A stretch of DNA of 64,000 nt from the NCBI GenBank assembly GCA_004524445.1, contig SDNP01000003.1, positions 32,001-96,000 of the forward strand, read 5' to 3'. The position numbers and the translations under genes were made by a program. A model generated the notes under the pieces. It saw only the letters and a program-made list of their open reading frames with translations, ran no database searches and was not told the DNA's origin. The stretch's first letter is position 1, and the number at the start of each line of letters is the position of its first letter. This document shows, one piece after another, positions 18,708 to 28,602 of the stretch. Origin of the DNA: Candidatus Thorarchaeota archaeon (GTDB lineage Archaea > Asgardarchaeota > Thorarchaeia > Thorarchaeales > Thorarchaeaceae).

Positions 18708-19880
18708 TTGAGCGGACGAAGAATGCTCATATACTTTGACCAGACCCAAAATGAGAGGGGTAGACTTGATACAACTTACTCAGAGCTACGCCAACTGCTC
18801 CGAGATAACGACTATGATGTCGAGGCCTACACTGATTTCATGCTCCTTCCAAAAGAAATCAAGTCAGCTGGTATCATGGTATTTGGATGTCCGAACAGCT
18901 CTAAGCTTAGAAAAGCGGAGATTGCAGCACTAAAAGAATTCGTGAAGGAAGGAGGGGGACTCATGCTCCTCTCTCACTCAGGCGGGGACCGGGGACTTAT
19001 GAATAACATGAGCGATGTGTCCAAGCCCTTCGGAATAACTTTCGAAAATACCGCGATTAAAGATGACAAACATAACGATGGGCTGCCTACTATGCCTTTC
19101 ATCAGGGATTTAGAGGATCATGCGATTATGGAAGAAATTGATGAGATTCTGCTTCCATCCGGTTGCACACTGGAGGTGGAGAGCAAGGCAGAAGTCTTAG
19201 CGAAGACGGGAGGAACAGCGGACCCACCCAGCAGACCTGTCATTGCAGTCGCCGAGCATGGGAAGGGTAGAGTGATTTGTATTGGCAGTTATGAAGTCTT
19301 CAGAAGAGGTGGTGGCTTCAAGAAAGAGGGTAACAAAACCTTTGCACTCAATGCATTTTCTTGGCTCAATAGAATGCGGTCCGCGCCTCAAAGAGCAGAA
19401 GATAGGACGAAAAATGATTCACTACAAGAGGACAAAAGAGATTCGGGGAGCGCCGCAGTGTCAGAGGAATTTGAGAATACACTAAGAAGACTGGTGAATG
19501 CAGTATTCGATTTACAGAAGGATATCGAAACTGCCACAGAAAAAGTGGAGCGGGTGGAAAACAATATAGATGCTCTAAGAAATCAGTTTCAAGATTTTGC
19601 ACAAAAAACACAAGACCAGCTGGGCGTGATTATCCCCGCAAAGCAGTTCAAAACTGAAGATGAGAACCGGGCGGCGGACCTAGAAGCCGATATCAAATCA
19701 CTGAATGCAGAATTAAAATCTGTCAAGCAGCTCCAGGATCATATCGAAGATCGACATTCATCAGGGGCAATGCCAAGGGATGCCTACGAAGAACAGGCAG
19801 AAAAATTGGCTGAGCGAGTCAAGTCTCTGGAAAAGAGAACTAAGGAGAAGAAGAAGGAGCTCGAAGACCTAGCCAAGTAG
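18708..19880 (+). CDS. GIFT/DUF4350 (IFT52-like) domain + coiled coil + steadiness-box-like C-terminus
   Basis: IYFDQTQNE..EIAALKEFVKEGGGLMLL..FGITF..GKGRVICIGS..NKTFALNAFSWL, then heptad repeats. Likely TTG start at 18708 after AAGGTGA; no signal peptide. Confidence 0.8.
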   Translation: MSGRRMLIYFDQTQNERGRLDTTYSELRQLLRDNDYDVEAYTDFMLLPKEIKSAGIMVFGCPNSSKLRKAEIAALKEFVKEGGGLMLLSHSGGDRGLMNNMSDVSKPFGITFENTAIKDDKHNDGLPTMPFIRDLEDHAIMEEIDEILLPSGCTLEVESKAEVLAKTGGTADPPSRPVIAVAEHGKGRVICIGSYEVFRRGGGFKKEGNKTFALNAFSWLNRMRSAPQRAEDRTKNDSLQEDKRDSGSAAVSEEFENTLRRLVNAVFDLQKDIETATEKVERVENNIDALRNQFQDFAQKTQDQLGVIIPAKQFKTEDENRAADLEADIKSLNAELKSVKQLQDHIEDRHSSGAMPRDAYEEQAEKLAERVKSLEKRTKEKKKELEDLAK

Positions 19881-19899
19881 GTGGTGGATCACACTACAG

Positions 19900-21507
19900 T
19901 CAATTAGGGCTCTTGCTTTTTGGAATTATTATATCCCGACCTGTTTTTTGCCTGATGTGACTAATTAGTACCCGCAGCTTCACCTTTAGGAATCGGAAGG
20001 GATATGAGATTACGGACCAAAATGCTCCGATTTGCTTCGCAGCGAGATACCCAATGAAAATCAGAAGAACCGAAAAGAGATACACCTCGCGCGGCGGAAT
20101 AAGTATTGAGAATGAGAGTGCAATCGGTACCCACAGCATGGAGCTGGAGAAGTTAATCCTAGTGTCTTTGCTTGTAATCATCTTCTGCGATGAAAATATG
20201 GAGAAGAATGGCGCGAAGAGGGTGAAATAATACTTGTACACGCCTCTGGGCCCAGCCAAGTGGACAAAGAGCATCAGTAGAAGTGTCAAGAAGAGCACTC
20301 TTCGAAGATACAATTTGTCATCCTCAGGACGCGGCTCCAGAAGCATTATGCCCATGAAAATCACAACGCCAAAGGACAGCAATATGCCCTGATAAATAAC
20401 AAAATTTAGCATCTCTGCCAATAACGGGAGTTCTGCAACAACGGCAAGGACTTGCAATGTCATGGGTATGGGGTAGCCTGGAACCTCTGTAAAGGGCTCT
20501 TCGAGAGAAGAACCTCCAGCTGCGAGAAGGATTTGTGATAAAATATTTGGCTGGGCAACCAAGAAGGGAAAGAGGACTGCTAATACGAAGATAATCACGA
20601 CTACAGAGCTCCTCGCAAATCCGGGAAAATCAATTGCTTGATGGAGAAAATCAAGAAGGCCCTTCTTGCTTTCAGAGATTTCAGCAGCTGATTCTTCTGG
20701 ATCGGTTTCTGGGTGTGTCGTAGTACTATCTTCATTCTGTCGGGATTCTTGATCAGGCTTGTTTGGCTTAACTAGAAGATAAACAACCAAAGGAATACCT
20801 AGAAACCAAGCCATCTGCTTGAATAGAGCTGCAACGACGATTGATATGGTGCCAATATCCTTTCTTCCCTTGATGAGCATATAGAAGCCAGAAAAGAAGA
20901 AGAAGATAAAGGGAGATGGGTTAAGCCAAGCAAAAGTGATGTGGTAGAGAATATTGGGATTAAGCAGATATGTGAGGGCTGCAACAGCTCCAATGACCTG
21001 ATTCTCAGACAGTTCCTTTGCAATGCCAAAGACGGGAAATGCTGTTAGAAAACCAAAAGAAACCAATAACAATCCGATGCCCCACCCCTCTATTGGCAGC
21101 ATCACGCCAATTGCATATAGATAGGCATACAATGGAGGAAAGATGTAGAGCCCGTTGTTGTTTTCATATCCATCCAGTACTATATGACCGAATTCTTCAC
21201 AATAAGGCATAACTCCCCGAAGCATATTATGACCCCAGTGAATGTAGTAGAATGAGTAATCGGTATAACCCTCAAACTGGTAATGTATTGCGAAGCCAAG
21301 CAAATCAAAGGATCCTTCCCCTAGCCAAACACCCCGTGTTCTCCAAAGAGCAGATTCCATGTAATCCTCAATGGCGAGGGAGAAGACATTCCCCCACAAA
21401 TAAAGACCGATTACTAGTACAAAAATAAAAAGCAAGTAATCTCGAAGAAAATTGATAATTTTCTGTCTGATGTGGGAGAGCTCCATGGAAAATTCTCCTT
21501 GTGGCAT
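19900..21507 (-). CDS. Multi-pass membrane glycosyltransferase, GT-C fold (GT87/PIG-M-like)
   Basis: YTDYSFYY..G..PY, YIFPPLYAY, LLNP, ALFKQ; many TM segments. Confidence 0.7.
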   Translation of the reverse strand: MPQGEFSMELSHIRQKIINFLRDYLLFIFVLVIGLYLWGNVFSLAIEDYMESALWRTRGVWLGEGSFDLLGFAIHYQFEGYTDYSFYYIHWGHNMLRGVMPYCEEFGHIVLDGYENNNGLYIFPPLYAYLYAIGVMLPIEGWGIGLLLVSFGFLTAFPVFGIAKELSENQVIGAVAALTYLLNPNILYHITFAWLNPSPFIFFFFSGFYMLIKGRKDIGTISIVVAALFKQMAWFLGIPLVVYLLVKPNKPDQESRQNEDSTTTHPETDPEESAAEISESKKGLLDFLHQAIDFPGFARSSVVVIIFVLAVLFPFLVAQPNILSQILLAAGGSSLEEPFTEVPGYPIPMTLQVLAVVAELPLLAEMLNFVIYQGILLSFGVVIFMGIMLLEPRPEDDKLYLRRVLFLTLLLMLFVHLAGPRGVYKYYFTLFAPFFSIFSSQKMITSKDTRINFSSSMLWVPIALSFSILIPPREVYLFSVLLIFIGYLAAKQIGAFWSVISYPFRFLKVKLRVLISHIRQKTGRDIIIPKSKSPN

Positions 21508-21556
21508 TGCTCATTAATGCTTCCTCTGCATTGAGGTATTCCTTCAAATCGTTTTC

Positions 21557-23638
21557 TTACATATCCGATGACTGAACCAATTTCGCCTCACTACTAGTAC
21601 CCGTCTTTGAAACATCCACAACAGGCACTCCTTCCCACCCTTGGACATCGGTGTGTGTGATGAGGAAAATCTGTCTGAAGGATTGATCATTCACTAGGTT
21701 TTGAACCACTGATTTTCTCCGGGCACTGTCCAAACCACCCAAGGGCTCGTCCAGCAAGACGCAACGTACGCGAGGTGATAATGCAGGGCTATCTTTGAGG
21801 GGGCGGATTGCGCTCATTGTCCGACTGATACCTAACCTCAATCCTAGACTGATAGCCGTGCGGTCACCAAAGCTTAGTTGAGAGGTCTTCTTTATGGCAT
21901 TATCACGAACATCTTGAATCTGGAGCTCAAGACCAGCTCCCCCGCGTCCACGACCTGGTGTTGGTACCAAATCAACACCCGAGTATTGCCCACTTGTGAA
22001 CGAACGGACATAGGGGTTGGTTGCACCACGTATTATTCCTATCAATCGCTTCTGAATGACATAATCTGCTAAGAATCCACTGACTAGTTTCCGTCTGACA
22101 TATTGCGAATGCTCATGTAGAGATTTTAGGTCCTCAATCTGGGAGCCAATCTCATCCATCTCCTCAATCTTTTTCTTGGCTTCTGATATGCGTTCTTTCT
22201 CGCTATCAATCATCGTATTTATGGATTCAATCTCGTTCTTTAGAGATCCCAATTTTGCAATCCAAGTTTCAACGAGTCGTTGAAGTTCGCCAAGCTTCTT
22301 TACTCCATGTTTGTCAAGAAGAGTTTGAAGGTCCTTTACTCCCAACTTCGCAATTGCTTTCTCCAAATCATTCCGAGCTTCTTCTACTTCTGCTTCAGCA
22401 TCAGCCACATCATTCTGGTGTCTCTTGATTTGTCCAATGGCTTGGAGAGCTCTTTGGATTTCTCCCAGCCGCTTCTGTTGGGTCTGAGCTTCTCCGGAGA
22501 GCTTCTTGTTTTTCGTCTGAAGCTTGCTGATTCGCTCTTTCCCCTCTTCAATCGTATCGTGATATTCATGTAGAATATCATCGCGCTCCTCTGGTGTCAG
22601 TGGTTTTGAGCATGTAGGACAGATTGTCACATCCTTTGCTTCTTGAAGGGTTTCAATCTTATCCTTGAGGTCTCTCTCTGTTCCTCTTATTGCTCCAATC
22701 TCCCGCTCAATCTTTGATTTCTCTTCACTTAGTTCTTCTATTCGAGCATTCACATCATCTTCATTCTTGGACAAGGTATGCAAGCGCGCTTGTACTAATT
22801 CTTCTTCTGCCGTCAGTAGACCTGCTTCCTCCAGATAGGAATCTCTAGTTTTCTTTACACTCTTCAGTTGGACCTCCTTGCGTTCTAGTTTGGAGGACAT
22901 GTCCTGAATTGCATCTAAGAGATGAGGCTGAGGCACATCTTTCAGCAAATCCTCTGTGCCCTCTATCTCAGCCTTTTTCGACTCGATGGTCGCTTTATGT
23001 TCTTCAATTCGTTCATCCATGTCTTCAATTTGCTTTTCAATCACTTCAGGTCGAACATACTTATCCTCTAAAACCCCTATGCGAGTCTTCAAGTCGTCTT
23101 CAAGATGAGATATGTGTCCGGACATATCACCAAGAATCTCAATATTATATACATCAACCAGAAGGCCTCGAAGGACCGATGCAGTAGCATTCGCAATTAG
23201 TGCTACTTCGCCTTGTCGTACAAGAAGAGTGTTTAATGCCTGCCGCAGACCCAAGTTGATAATTTCCTCGAGTTTTGACTCGACCGAGTTACTACCATCA
23301 GCAATTCGCTTCCATCCATTGACCGTATCTTGGTAGAAGACAACAGATAGCCTGCTAGCTGGATCATACGAGCGGTCTATCTTGTATTGACGACCTGCCA
23401 CTTCGAACTCAACGATGACCTTACAAAATGATGATGAGAAGCTAATCAATTCCTCGTTGGTTAGCTCAACCGCATTTGAACCCCATAGACACCATAAAAC
23501 AGCCTCAAATATCGATGACTTTCCAGTAGAGTTCGGCCCCTTGATGATAATCAGGCCGTCTGGGAGGTGGCCCTCAGTGGGCAGACGAACATCTCGGAAT
23601 GGCTTGAAATTTGTGAGCTCTATGCTCAGAATCTTCAT
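21557..23638 (-). CDS. rad50: Rad50/SbcC-like SMC ATPase
   Basis: Walker A GPNSTGKS, Q-loop VRQGE, zinc hook CPTC, signature LSFGD, Walker B LLDEP, ITH. Confidence 0.9.
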   Translation of the reverse strand: MKILSIELTNFKPFRDVRLPTEGHLPDGLIIIKGPNSTGKSSIFEAVLWCLWGSNAVELTNEELISFSSSFCKVIVEFEVAGRQYKIDRSYDPASRLSVVFYQDTVNGWKRIADGSNSVESKLEEIINLGLRQALNTLLVRQGEVALIANATASVLRGLLVDVYNIEILGDMSGHISHLEDDLKTRIGVLEDKYVRPEVIEKQIEDMDERIEEHKATIESKKAEIEGTEDLLKDVPQPHLLDAIQDMSSKLERKEVQLKSVKKTRDSYLEEAGLLTAEEELVQARLHTLSKNEDDVNARIEELSEEKSKIEREIGAIRGTERDLKDKIETLQEAKDVTICPTCSKPLTPEERDDILHEYHDTIEEGKERISKLQTKNKKLSGEAQTQQKRLGEIQRALQAIGQIKRHQNDVADAEAEVEEARNDLEKAIAKLGVKDLQTLLDKHGVKKLGELQRLVETWIAKLGSLKNEIESINTMIDSEKERISEAKKKIEEMDEIGSQIEDLKSLHEHSQYVRRKLVSGFLADYVIQKRLIGIIRGATNPYVRSFTSGQYSGVDLVPTPGRGRGGAGLELQIQDVRDNAIKKTSQLSFGDRTAISLGLRLGISRTMSAIRPLKDSPALSPRVRCVLLDEPLGGLDSARRKSVVQNLVNDQSFRQIFLITHTDVQGWEGVPVVDVSKTGTSSEAKLVQSSDM

Positions 23639-24942
23639 TTCTCACCATCCTCCGATAGATCGATATAGGCTAGCTTCTCTTCATCTCGGTTCACAGCCTT
23701 TCTCAAAGCTTTGACTGCGACCTTTGTGAGCGTGCTTATGTCATATTGCTCATCGATATCTAGGGTTTCAACATACTCCCTGAAGTCCTGTTCAGGGTCT
23801 TCAATCAAGTATTCTGATTCTATTTCCGGATAAGCGGTTTCCCTAAACTCTTCCTTGTCGCGTCGTATGGTCCATACCAACTGTGCCAGGTTATACTCTG
23901 AGCCCTTCGTAAAGGCTTCAAGACGAAAATTCTCCAATGCAATGGTAAGGTCCATCGGCTTAACTCTGCTCGCAGAACCTTCAAAGACTAATCTGACGCG
24001 TCCAGCAGTTGAAATGTCCCAGTCATATTTGAGGTCCTTTTCATCGAGAAAGGTTCGCACTTTATCAATCATCGTACCAACAGTATCATCAGAATCAATT
24101 GTTAGCGTTTCATTGTAGACGGGACGAACAAAGTCAAGATGAGTGGGTGTGACGTTAAGAGCGTCCTCCTCTATGTCCACCACTATGAAGCCTTTCTCAT
24201 GCTTTATTTCATCAAATCTCCAGCGTTCCGGGGAACCCGCATACCAAGCGTTCTTAGAATGTGCATGTTGTCGGTGATCGTGTCCAAGCGCAATGTAGTC
24301 ATAACCCATGTCGAAAATCGGAGAGTAAAGACTCTCATCGAGCTCCATTCCATGTGCAACAGCGATAGAAGCCTTGTCGGAAGATGGTTTCTGATAAGTC
24401 CGAATCCAGTCAATGAATGCATCTACCAGGCCTGCAGAATCAAGAACATTCTTGTCAATATATGGAAAACAATACACATTCACTTTCTCATATTCCCTGA
24501 CAAGTGGTTCCTCCATTGCAATTGCCCGCTTCAGTTCTTGTTGAGTTGCAACTTCCAATCGAGGAACAGCCATTTTGAGAGTGTCTAAGAGGGATACCTC
24601 CAGAGTTCGATATATGCCGTGATTTCCTTCCAATATGAAAACTGGAATCTCCGTTCGCTCAGTGAAGTCCTTCAGGATCCTAATCGCGGTTTCCTGTGCG
24701 ACCACGGGAGGTTGTGTGGGATTTCCTTCCCACGGAGAGTTATAGAGATCCCCCGAATGTACAACGAGTTCAACCTTTGGTTCAAGTTCTCCTATTTTTT
24801 TAAAAAGCTCTTCAAACCGTTCGTAGAAGTCATTCTCAAGAAGTCGAGTCCTCATTTCCACCGCCCACACATTTTGCCGTACCCCTGTACCTGGCCGAGT
24901 GCCAAGGTGGGTATCCGAGATGTGAGCAATTCGAGTTGTCAT
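23635..24942 (-). CDS. mre11: Mre11/SbcD-like metallophosphoesterase nuclease
   Basis: HISDTHLG, HSGDLY, GNHG, AHG, YIALGHDH, YAGSPE; overlaps rad50 by 4 nt. Confidence 0.9.
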   Translation of the reverse strand: MTTRIAHISDTHLGTRPGTGVRQNVWAVEMRTRLLENDFYERFEELFKKIGELEPKVELVVHSGDLYNSPWEGNPTQPPVVAQETAIRILKDFTERTEIPVFILEGNHGIYRTLEVSLLDTLKMAVPRLEVATQQELKRAIAMEEPLVREYEKVNVYCFPYIDKNVLDSAGLVDAFIDWIRTYQKPSSDKASIAVAHGMELDESLYSPIFDMGYDYIALGHDHRQHAHSKNAWYAGSPERWRFDEIKHEKGFIVVDIEEDALNVTPTHLDFVRPVYNETLTIDSDDTVGTMIDKVRTFLDEKDLKYDWDISTAGRVRLVFEGSASRVKPMDLTIALENFRLEAFTKGSEYNLAQLVWTIRRDKEEFRETAYPEIESEYLIEDPEQDFREYVETLDIDEQYDISTLTKVAVKALRKAVNRDEEKLAYIDLSEDGEK

Positions 24943-24951
24943 TTACATTCC

Positions 24952-26703
24952 TCATAGAATGTGTGTTTCTTCTTTGTCGCCATCTGAAGAGTAGGTATGT
25001 TTGTCACGGTTAAAGATGTCATCAAATAATGGTATCCTTACTGGAAGTGGCATCTCTCTATAAGAGGCTGTTAGTAGTGCCTCTCCGCGAGCCATCACTC
25101 TAAACTCATTCTGAAACCCTGAGATATTCACACTTGCATTATCTATGCATGCCTGTATTTCTCGTTCATTTCCAAGTCGAAGGTTGATTTCAGTATTCAT
25201 CTGAGAGAGTATGACATTGTCTAGAACGCTGACCTGTTGGCTCACAACGAGTAACCCAATATTGAATTTCCTACCTTGCCTAGAGATATCTTTGAAGACA
25301 GATCGACCGCGCATTAATTCTGGATTCAGGATAGACGGAGCCTCTTCTACTGTCACAAGAATTACCGGAAGCTTTCTGGGATCACGCACGCTTGACTTGT
25401 CAGAACTCCCATCCTTGCCGTAGAAAGATCTCGCTGCAGATTTGACTCCATTGAAGAACGGATATGGGAGTCTGCTTTTACCTTGAGTGTCAAAGTCGCC
25501 AAGATTACCGCTACTCTTCAATGCACGCCGCATATCGGATAGAGTACGAGTCACTATTGTCGTAAGAAGGAATTGCTCCATATCACTCATCAGGCTCGTG
25601 TTGACCACAAGAACGCGGCCGGATTCCATGGCTTTGAAAATCTCACCGAGAATTGATTGACCAGACTCGATGAATATCGGTGACCTCTGAACAAAACTCA
25701 GGCGTCTCTGAACTGCTCGGAGGGTCCCCTTAGGATGCCCATGAGGGTCTTCATCCATCTGCAGGATTTCACCGATCCAATTCTCGTGATGTTGAGCATA
25801 TTGAGCATCAATAAATGAGTACATCTGAGATGTAAAGTCCATTATTGAGTACAAATCACGCGGCTGAATCTCACTCCACAGGATGCGAATTTGGCGGGCA
25901 TATCTTTGAATCTCCCTCATTGTTGCACCAGCATGAGTTGTTAAGTAATAGAAATCGCCGAGTACGTCTGAACGAGTAGTTGGACTCATCTCTTCTACAA
26001 TATGCTGAATCCCATAGTTGTCAACACCCTGGGCAAATTCATCGTGGGGGTCAATGCAGAATGCGGAGATCGTTTGGCCCTCTCCGGTTCGTTTCACTTT
26101 GAGGTTATTGTCAATTATGGATTTGATTAGGACCATCATCAAATTACTTTTACCGGCACCTGTGGACCCGAAAATTCCCAAATGCATCGGAAGAAATTTC
26201 GATGGAATTTTTGCAGGAACATCGAGTGTTGCCTCTCCTACTTGCAAGTCCCCAACGTACATATGACCGCCTGTTTGGCTCTCAAGCATCTCCCTGACAA
26301 CCTCATCAGACGTACCAGGAACGGGTCGGTATACATCAGCCAGATGATCTGGTAATCTTCGCGGAGCGCGGAATTTCCAGCCATCCTTCGTTTCTTCGGC
26401 ATAACCGAGCATCTTTCCCTCAACAGAGAGAAGCATATTTCGCTCAATACCTGATAGGTACGAATCACCTTCTACCATGAGAGTGCCTGCGACTCGTGCC
26501 AAGTCATCGACTTGTCTCAAGTAATTCTCAAGCCCTAGAACCCGAAAGAAGAACACGCGCTCCTGATTATCACGAGAAGAGTAGATTAGAAAAATCTCGC
26601 CGACGCTAACATCCCGATTCTTGCCCATGATTCCAAGATTGGTTTGGTTGCCTATGCCTAGCTTCCCGTAGTGCTCTCCGAGATTGTCCTTTTGTATTGT
26701 CAT
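24952..26703 (-). CDS. herA: HerA helicase/ATPase
   Basis: HLGIFGSTGAGKS, DPHDE, VEEAP, RQGRKF, SQQ, SQMN. Likely start MTIQK at 26703 after AGGAG. Confidence 0.9.
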   Translation of the reverse strand: MTIQKDNLGEHYGKLGIGNQTNLGIMGKNRDVSVGEIFLIYSSRDNQERVFFFRVLGLENYLRQVDDLARVAGTLMVEGDSYLSGIERNMLLSVEGKMLGYAEETKDGWKFRAPRRLPDHLADVYRPVPGTSDEVVREMLESQTGGHMYVGDLQVGEATLDVPAKIPSKFLPMHLGIFGSTGAGKSNLMMVLIKSIIDNNLKVKRTGEGQTISAFCIDPHDEFAQGVDNYGIQHIVEEMSPTTRSDVLGDFYYLTTHAGATMREIQRYARQIRILWSEIQPRDLYSIMDFTSQMYSFIDAQYAQHHENWIGEILQMDEDPHGHPKGTLRAVQRRLSFVQRSPIFIESGQSILGEIFKAMESGRVLVVNTSLMSDMEQFLLTTIVTRTLSDMRRALKSSGNLGDFDTQGKSRLPYPFFNGVKSAARSFYGKDGSSDKSSVRDPRKLPVILVTVEEAPSILNPELMRGRSVFKDISRQGRKFNIGLLVVSQQVSVLDNVILSQMNTEINLRLGNEREIQACIDNASVNISGFQNEFRVMARGEALLTASYREMPLPVRIPLFDDIFNRDKHTYSSDGDKEETHIL

Positions 26704-26719
26704 TTGTCGATACACTCTC

Positions 26720-27997
26720 CTAAAGATTGAAGTCAGCACGGAGCGGTTCCGTTGTCTGCTTCAAGATATCACCAGTAATTTCGCGTGCGATTCGAAGATC
26801 CTCATATCCTAGCTTACATGATTGGTGTGCGAGTGCCAAGGGAACAGGATAGCCATACCATCGAGCGTCCCGTGCCATGAATTCAAGGTCACGAAATATG
26901 AGTTTCTCATTCTTTCTGGTGGCTTTGGGGTTGTCCTTCACGAAGATATTCTCCAGCCACCAGATTCTATCAAAATCGATACGTGAAGGGCGATTGTCAC
27001 CTGAAAAGCTGTAAAGATATGGTACAGCCAGTTTAGGGGGAATATATGTTCGATCTTCGTAAATATGAAGTCCGCCTCCGGGATCCTCACTACAAGGCAG
27101 TTGGCAGAACCATTTGGCAGTATCGCCAAATTTCTCCTTAGCCATGCCTGCTATTCTATGAGCAAATGGAATAGTATGATTCTTGCTGACGGCGCAGAGT
27201 ACCACCCCATTTTCTCTTGCCAACTTCGATAGTTCTCGTAGCATGAACCCGCTAGGCATAGAGGGGTACTGACGCACAAAATGCATGAAGACGGACATGG
27301 CACCATCTAGTAGTAGATACTTGGGGTTTATTTCACTAGTCAAGACCCCACGTGCAGCAGCGTACTCAGAGACAGCGCGCAATTCTTCGTGTACGATAGG
27401 ATTAGTGAGAATTTGTGCGCGCGTTATCAAAGAGCTCATGCTCTTCAGTTCAGAAATGTAGTGAGAATATCTGGATGATTTGCCAATATCCTGGAGAGAT
27501 TCAATCTCATCTGGTTTGAAGTCCATAAAAAACGGAAGAATAAGTTCTGCAATGTCTTTTTGGGGATAGATGTTAGCAAGCGACTCTGATAACTTTTGTT
27601 TGGCATCCCCTCTAACTCCAGAGTGCCAGTGCAGATCAAGATGAGGTTGCTCTCCAAGCTGATTTTCTATACGCAATCCATCTATAGGGTCAAAAAAGCT
27701 ACCTTCACGTGTATTTGTATAGAGAATGCTGGTTGCCGTACTAATGATATGCACCCGGATATCATCCAAGGTGACTAAGTTATCCGAACCCGATCCGTCT
27801 ATTGCAGCCACAATGAAATCTTCGTCTAATACAACATCTGAAGGATAGGTTTCAACCGAGTCCAAAAGATCTTCTTTTATTCTCAGTTCATCCTTTGCGA
27901 ACTCTTCTTCATCCCTTCGATCTTGCTCATTATGAATATCCTTTATAGTATATTCCACAAGTCTTCTGAAGTTATCAGTGAGTATCTTGTCTAGCAT
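26720..27997 (-). CDS. nurA: NurA 5'-3' nuclease
   Basis: AAIDGS, LLLDG, VSK, GYPVPLALAH; adjacent to herA. Confidence 0.88.
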   Translation of the reverse strand: MLDKILTDNFRRLVEYTIKDIHNEQDRRDEEEFAKDELRIKEDLLDSVETYPSDVVLDEDFIVAAIDGSGSDNLVTLDDIRVHIISTATSILYTNTREGSFFDPIDGLRIENQLGEQPHLDLHWHSGVRGDAKQKLSESLANIYPQKDIAELILPFFMDFKPDEIESLQDIGKSSRYSHYISELKSMSSLITRAQILTNPIVHEELRAVSEYAAARGVLTSEINPKYLLLDGAMSVFMHFVRQYPSMPSGFMLRELSKLARENGVVLCAVSKNHTIPFAHRIAGMAKEKFGDTAKWFCQLPCSEDPGGGLHIYEDRTYIPPKLAVPYLYSFSGDNRPSRIDFDRIWWLENIFVKDNPKATRKNEKLIFRDLEFMARDARWYGYPVPLALAHQSCKLGYEDLRIAREITGDILKQTTEPLRADFNL

Positions 27998-28142
27998 GAT
28001 GCCCCTCTTCTGGGAGACCCCTTTCTGTATGCTGAGCCTTCAAATACTTGATACTGAGGAGGTCATAAAAAGATAGCACTCGGAGCGGACGAGGAACATC
28101 TAGAGCAAGAAAACTGGCAATGAGTCCATGTTATTGAATGAG

Positions 28143-28171
28143 AAAAAAGGAGTGAGGGAAACTCACTCCTT
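28143..28171 (-). terminator. Intrinsic-terminator-like hairpin
   Basis: 10-bp stem AAGGAGTGAG (28147-28156)/CTCACTCCTT (28162-28171) running into a minus-strand U-tract, just downstream of 28179..28535. Confidence 0.7.
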
Positions 28172-28178
28172 GCTATGT

Positions 28179-28535
28179 TTATTGGTCAAAATCGTTTTCT
28201 TCTGCCTCGAGTTCCTCAAGCTCTTTTCGCGTCTGCTCAAGTTCGGCGTCTATGTCTTCCAGCGGTAGTATATCCCCCGCCTCGTCTTTAGAATGAGTGT
28301 CCAGGGTATACATGACGTTGAAGCCTGCCAATGTGTCGTGAATGGCATTGGCAATCTCAAGAATGGCATTGGTGATTTCAGATTCAGACATGTCCCCATC
28401 AGATTCATGTTCATAGGCGAAGTCATAAGCCCCTCTTATTGGAGAAAAGCCCATATCAAGCAATTTGTTTATTACTTGTGAAGGACTCGCCCCTTCACTG
28501 TTGAACCAAACTGATACACGTGTAATATATGACAT
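28179..28535 (-). CDS. Conserved archaeal hypothetical protein with acidic tail
   Basis: FNSEGASPS..L..MGF.P..G.YDF.Y motif; GAGGT upstream of ATG 28535. Confidence 0.7.
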   Translation of the reverse strand: MSYITRVSVWFNSEGASPSQVINKLLDMGFSPIRGAYDFAYEHESDGDMSESEITNAILEIANAIHDTLAGFNVMYTLDTHSKDEAGDILPLEDIDAELEQTRKELEELEAEENDFDQ

Positions 28536-28602
28536 TTTAACAGACCTCAACTTTCAGAATACTACATTCGCCCTTTGAAATGCTATAAGCCTTTTCAGGT
28601 CT

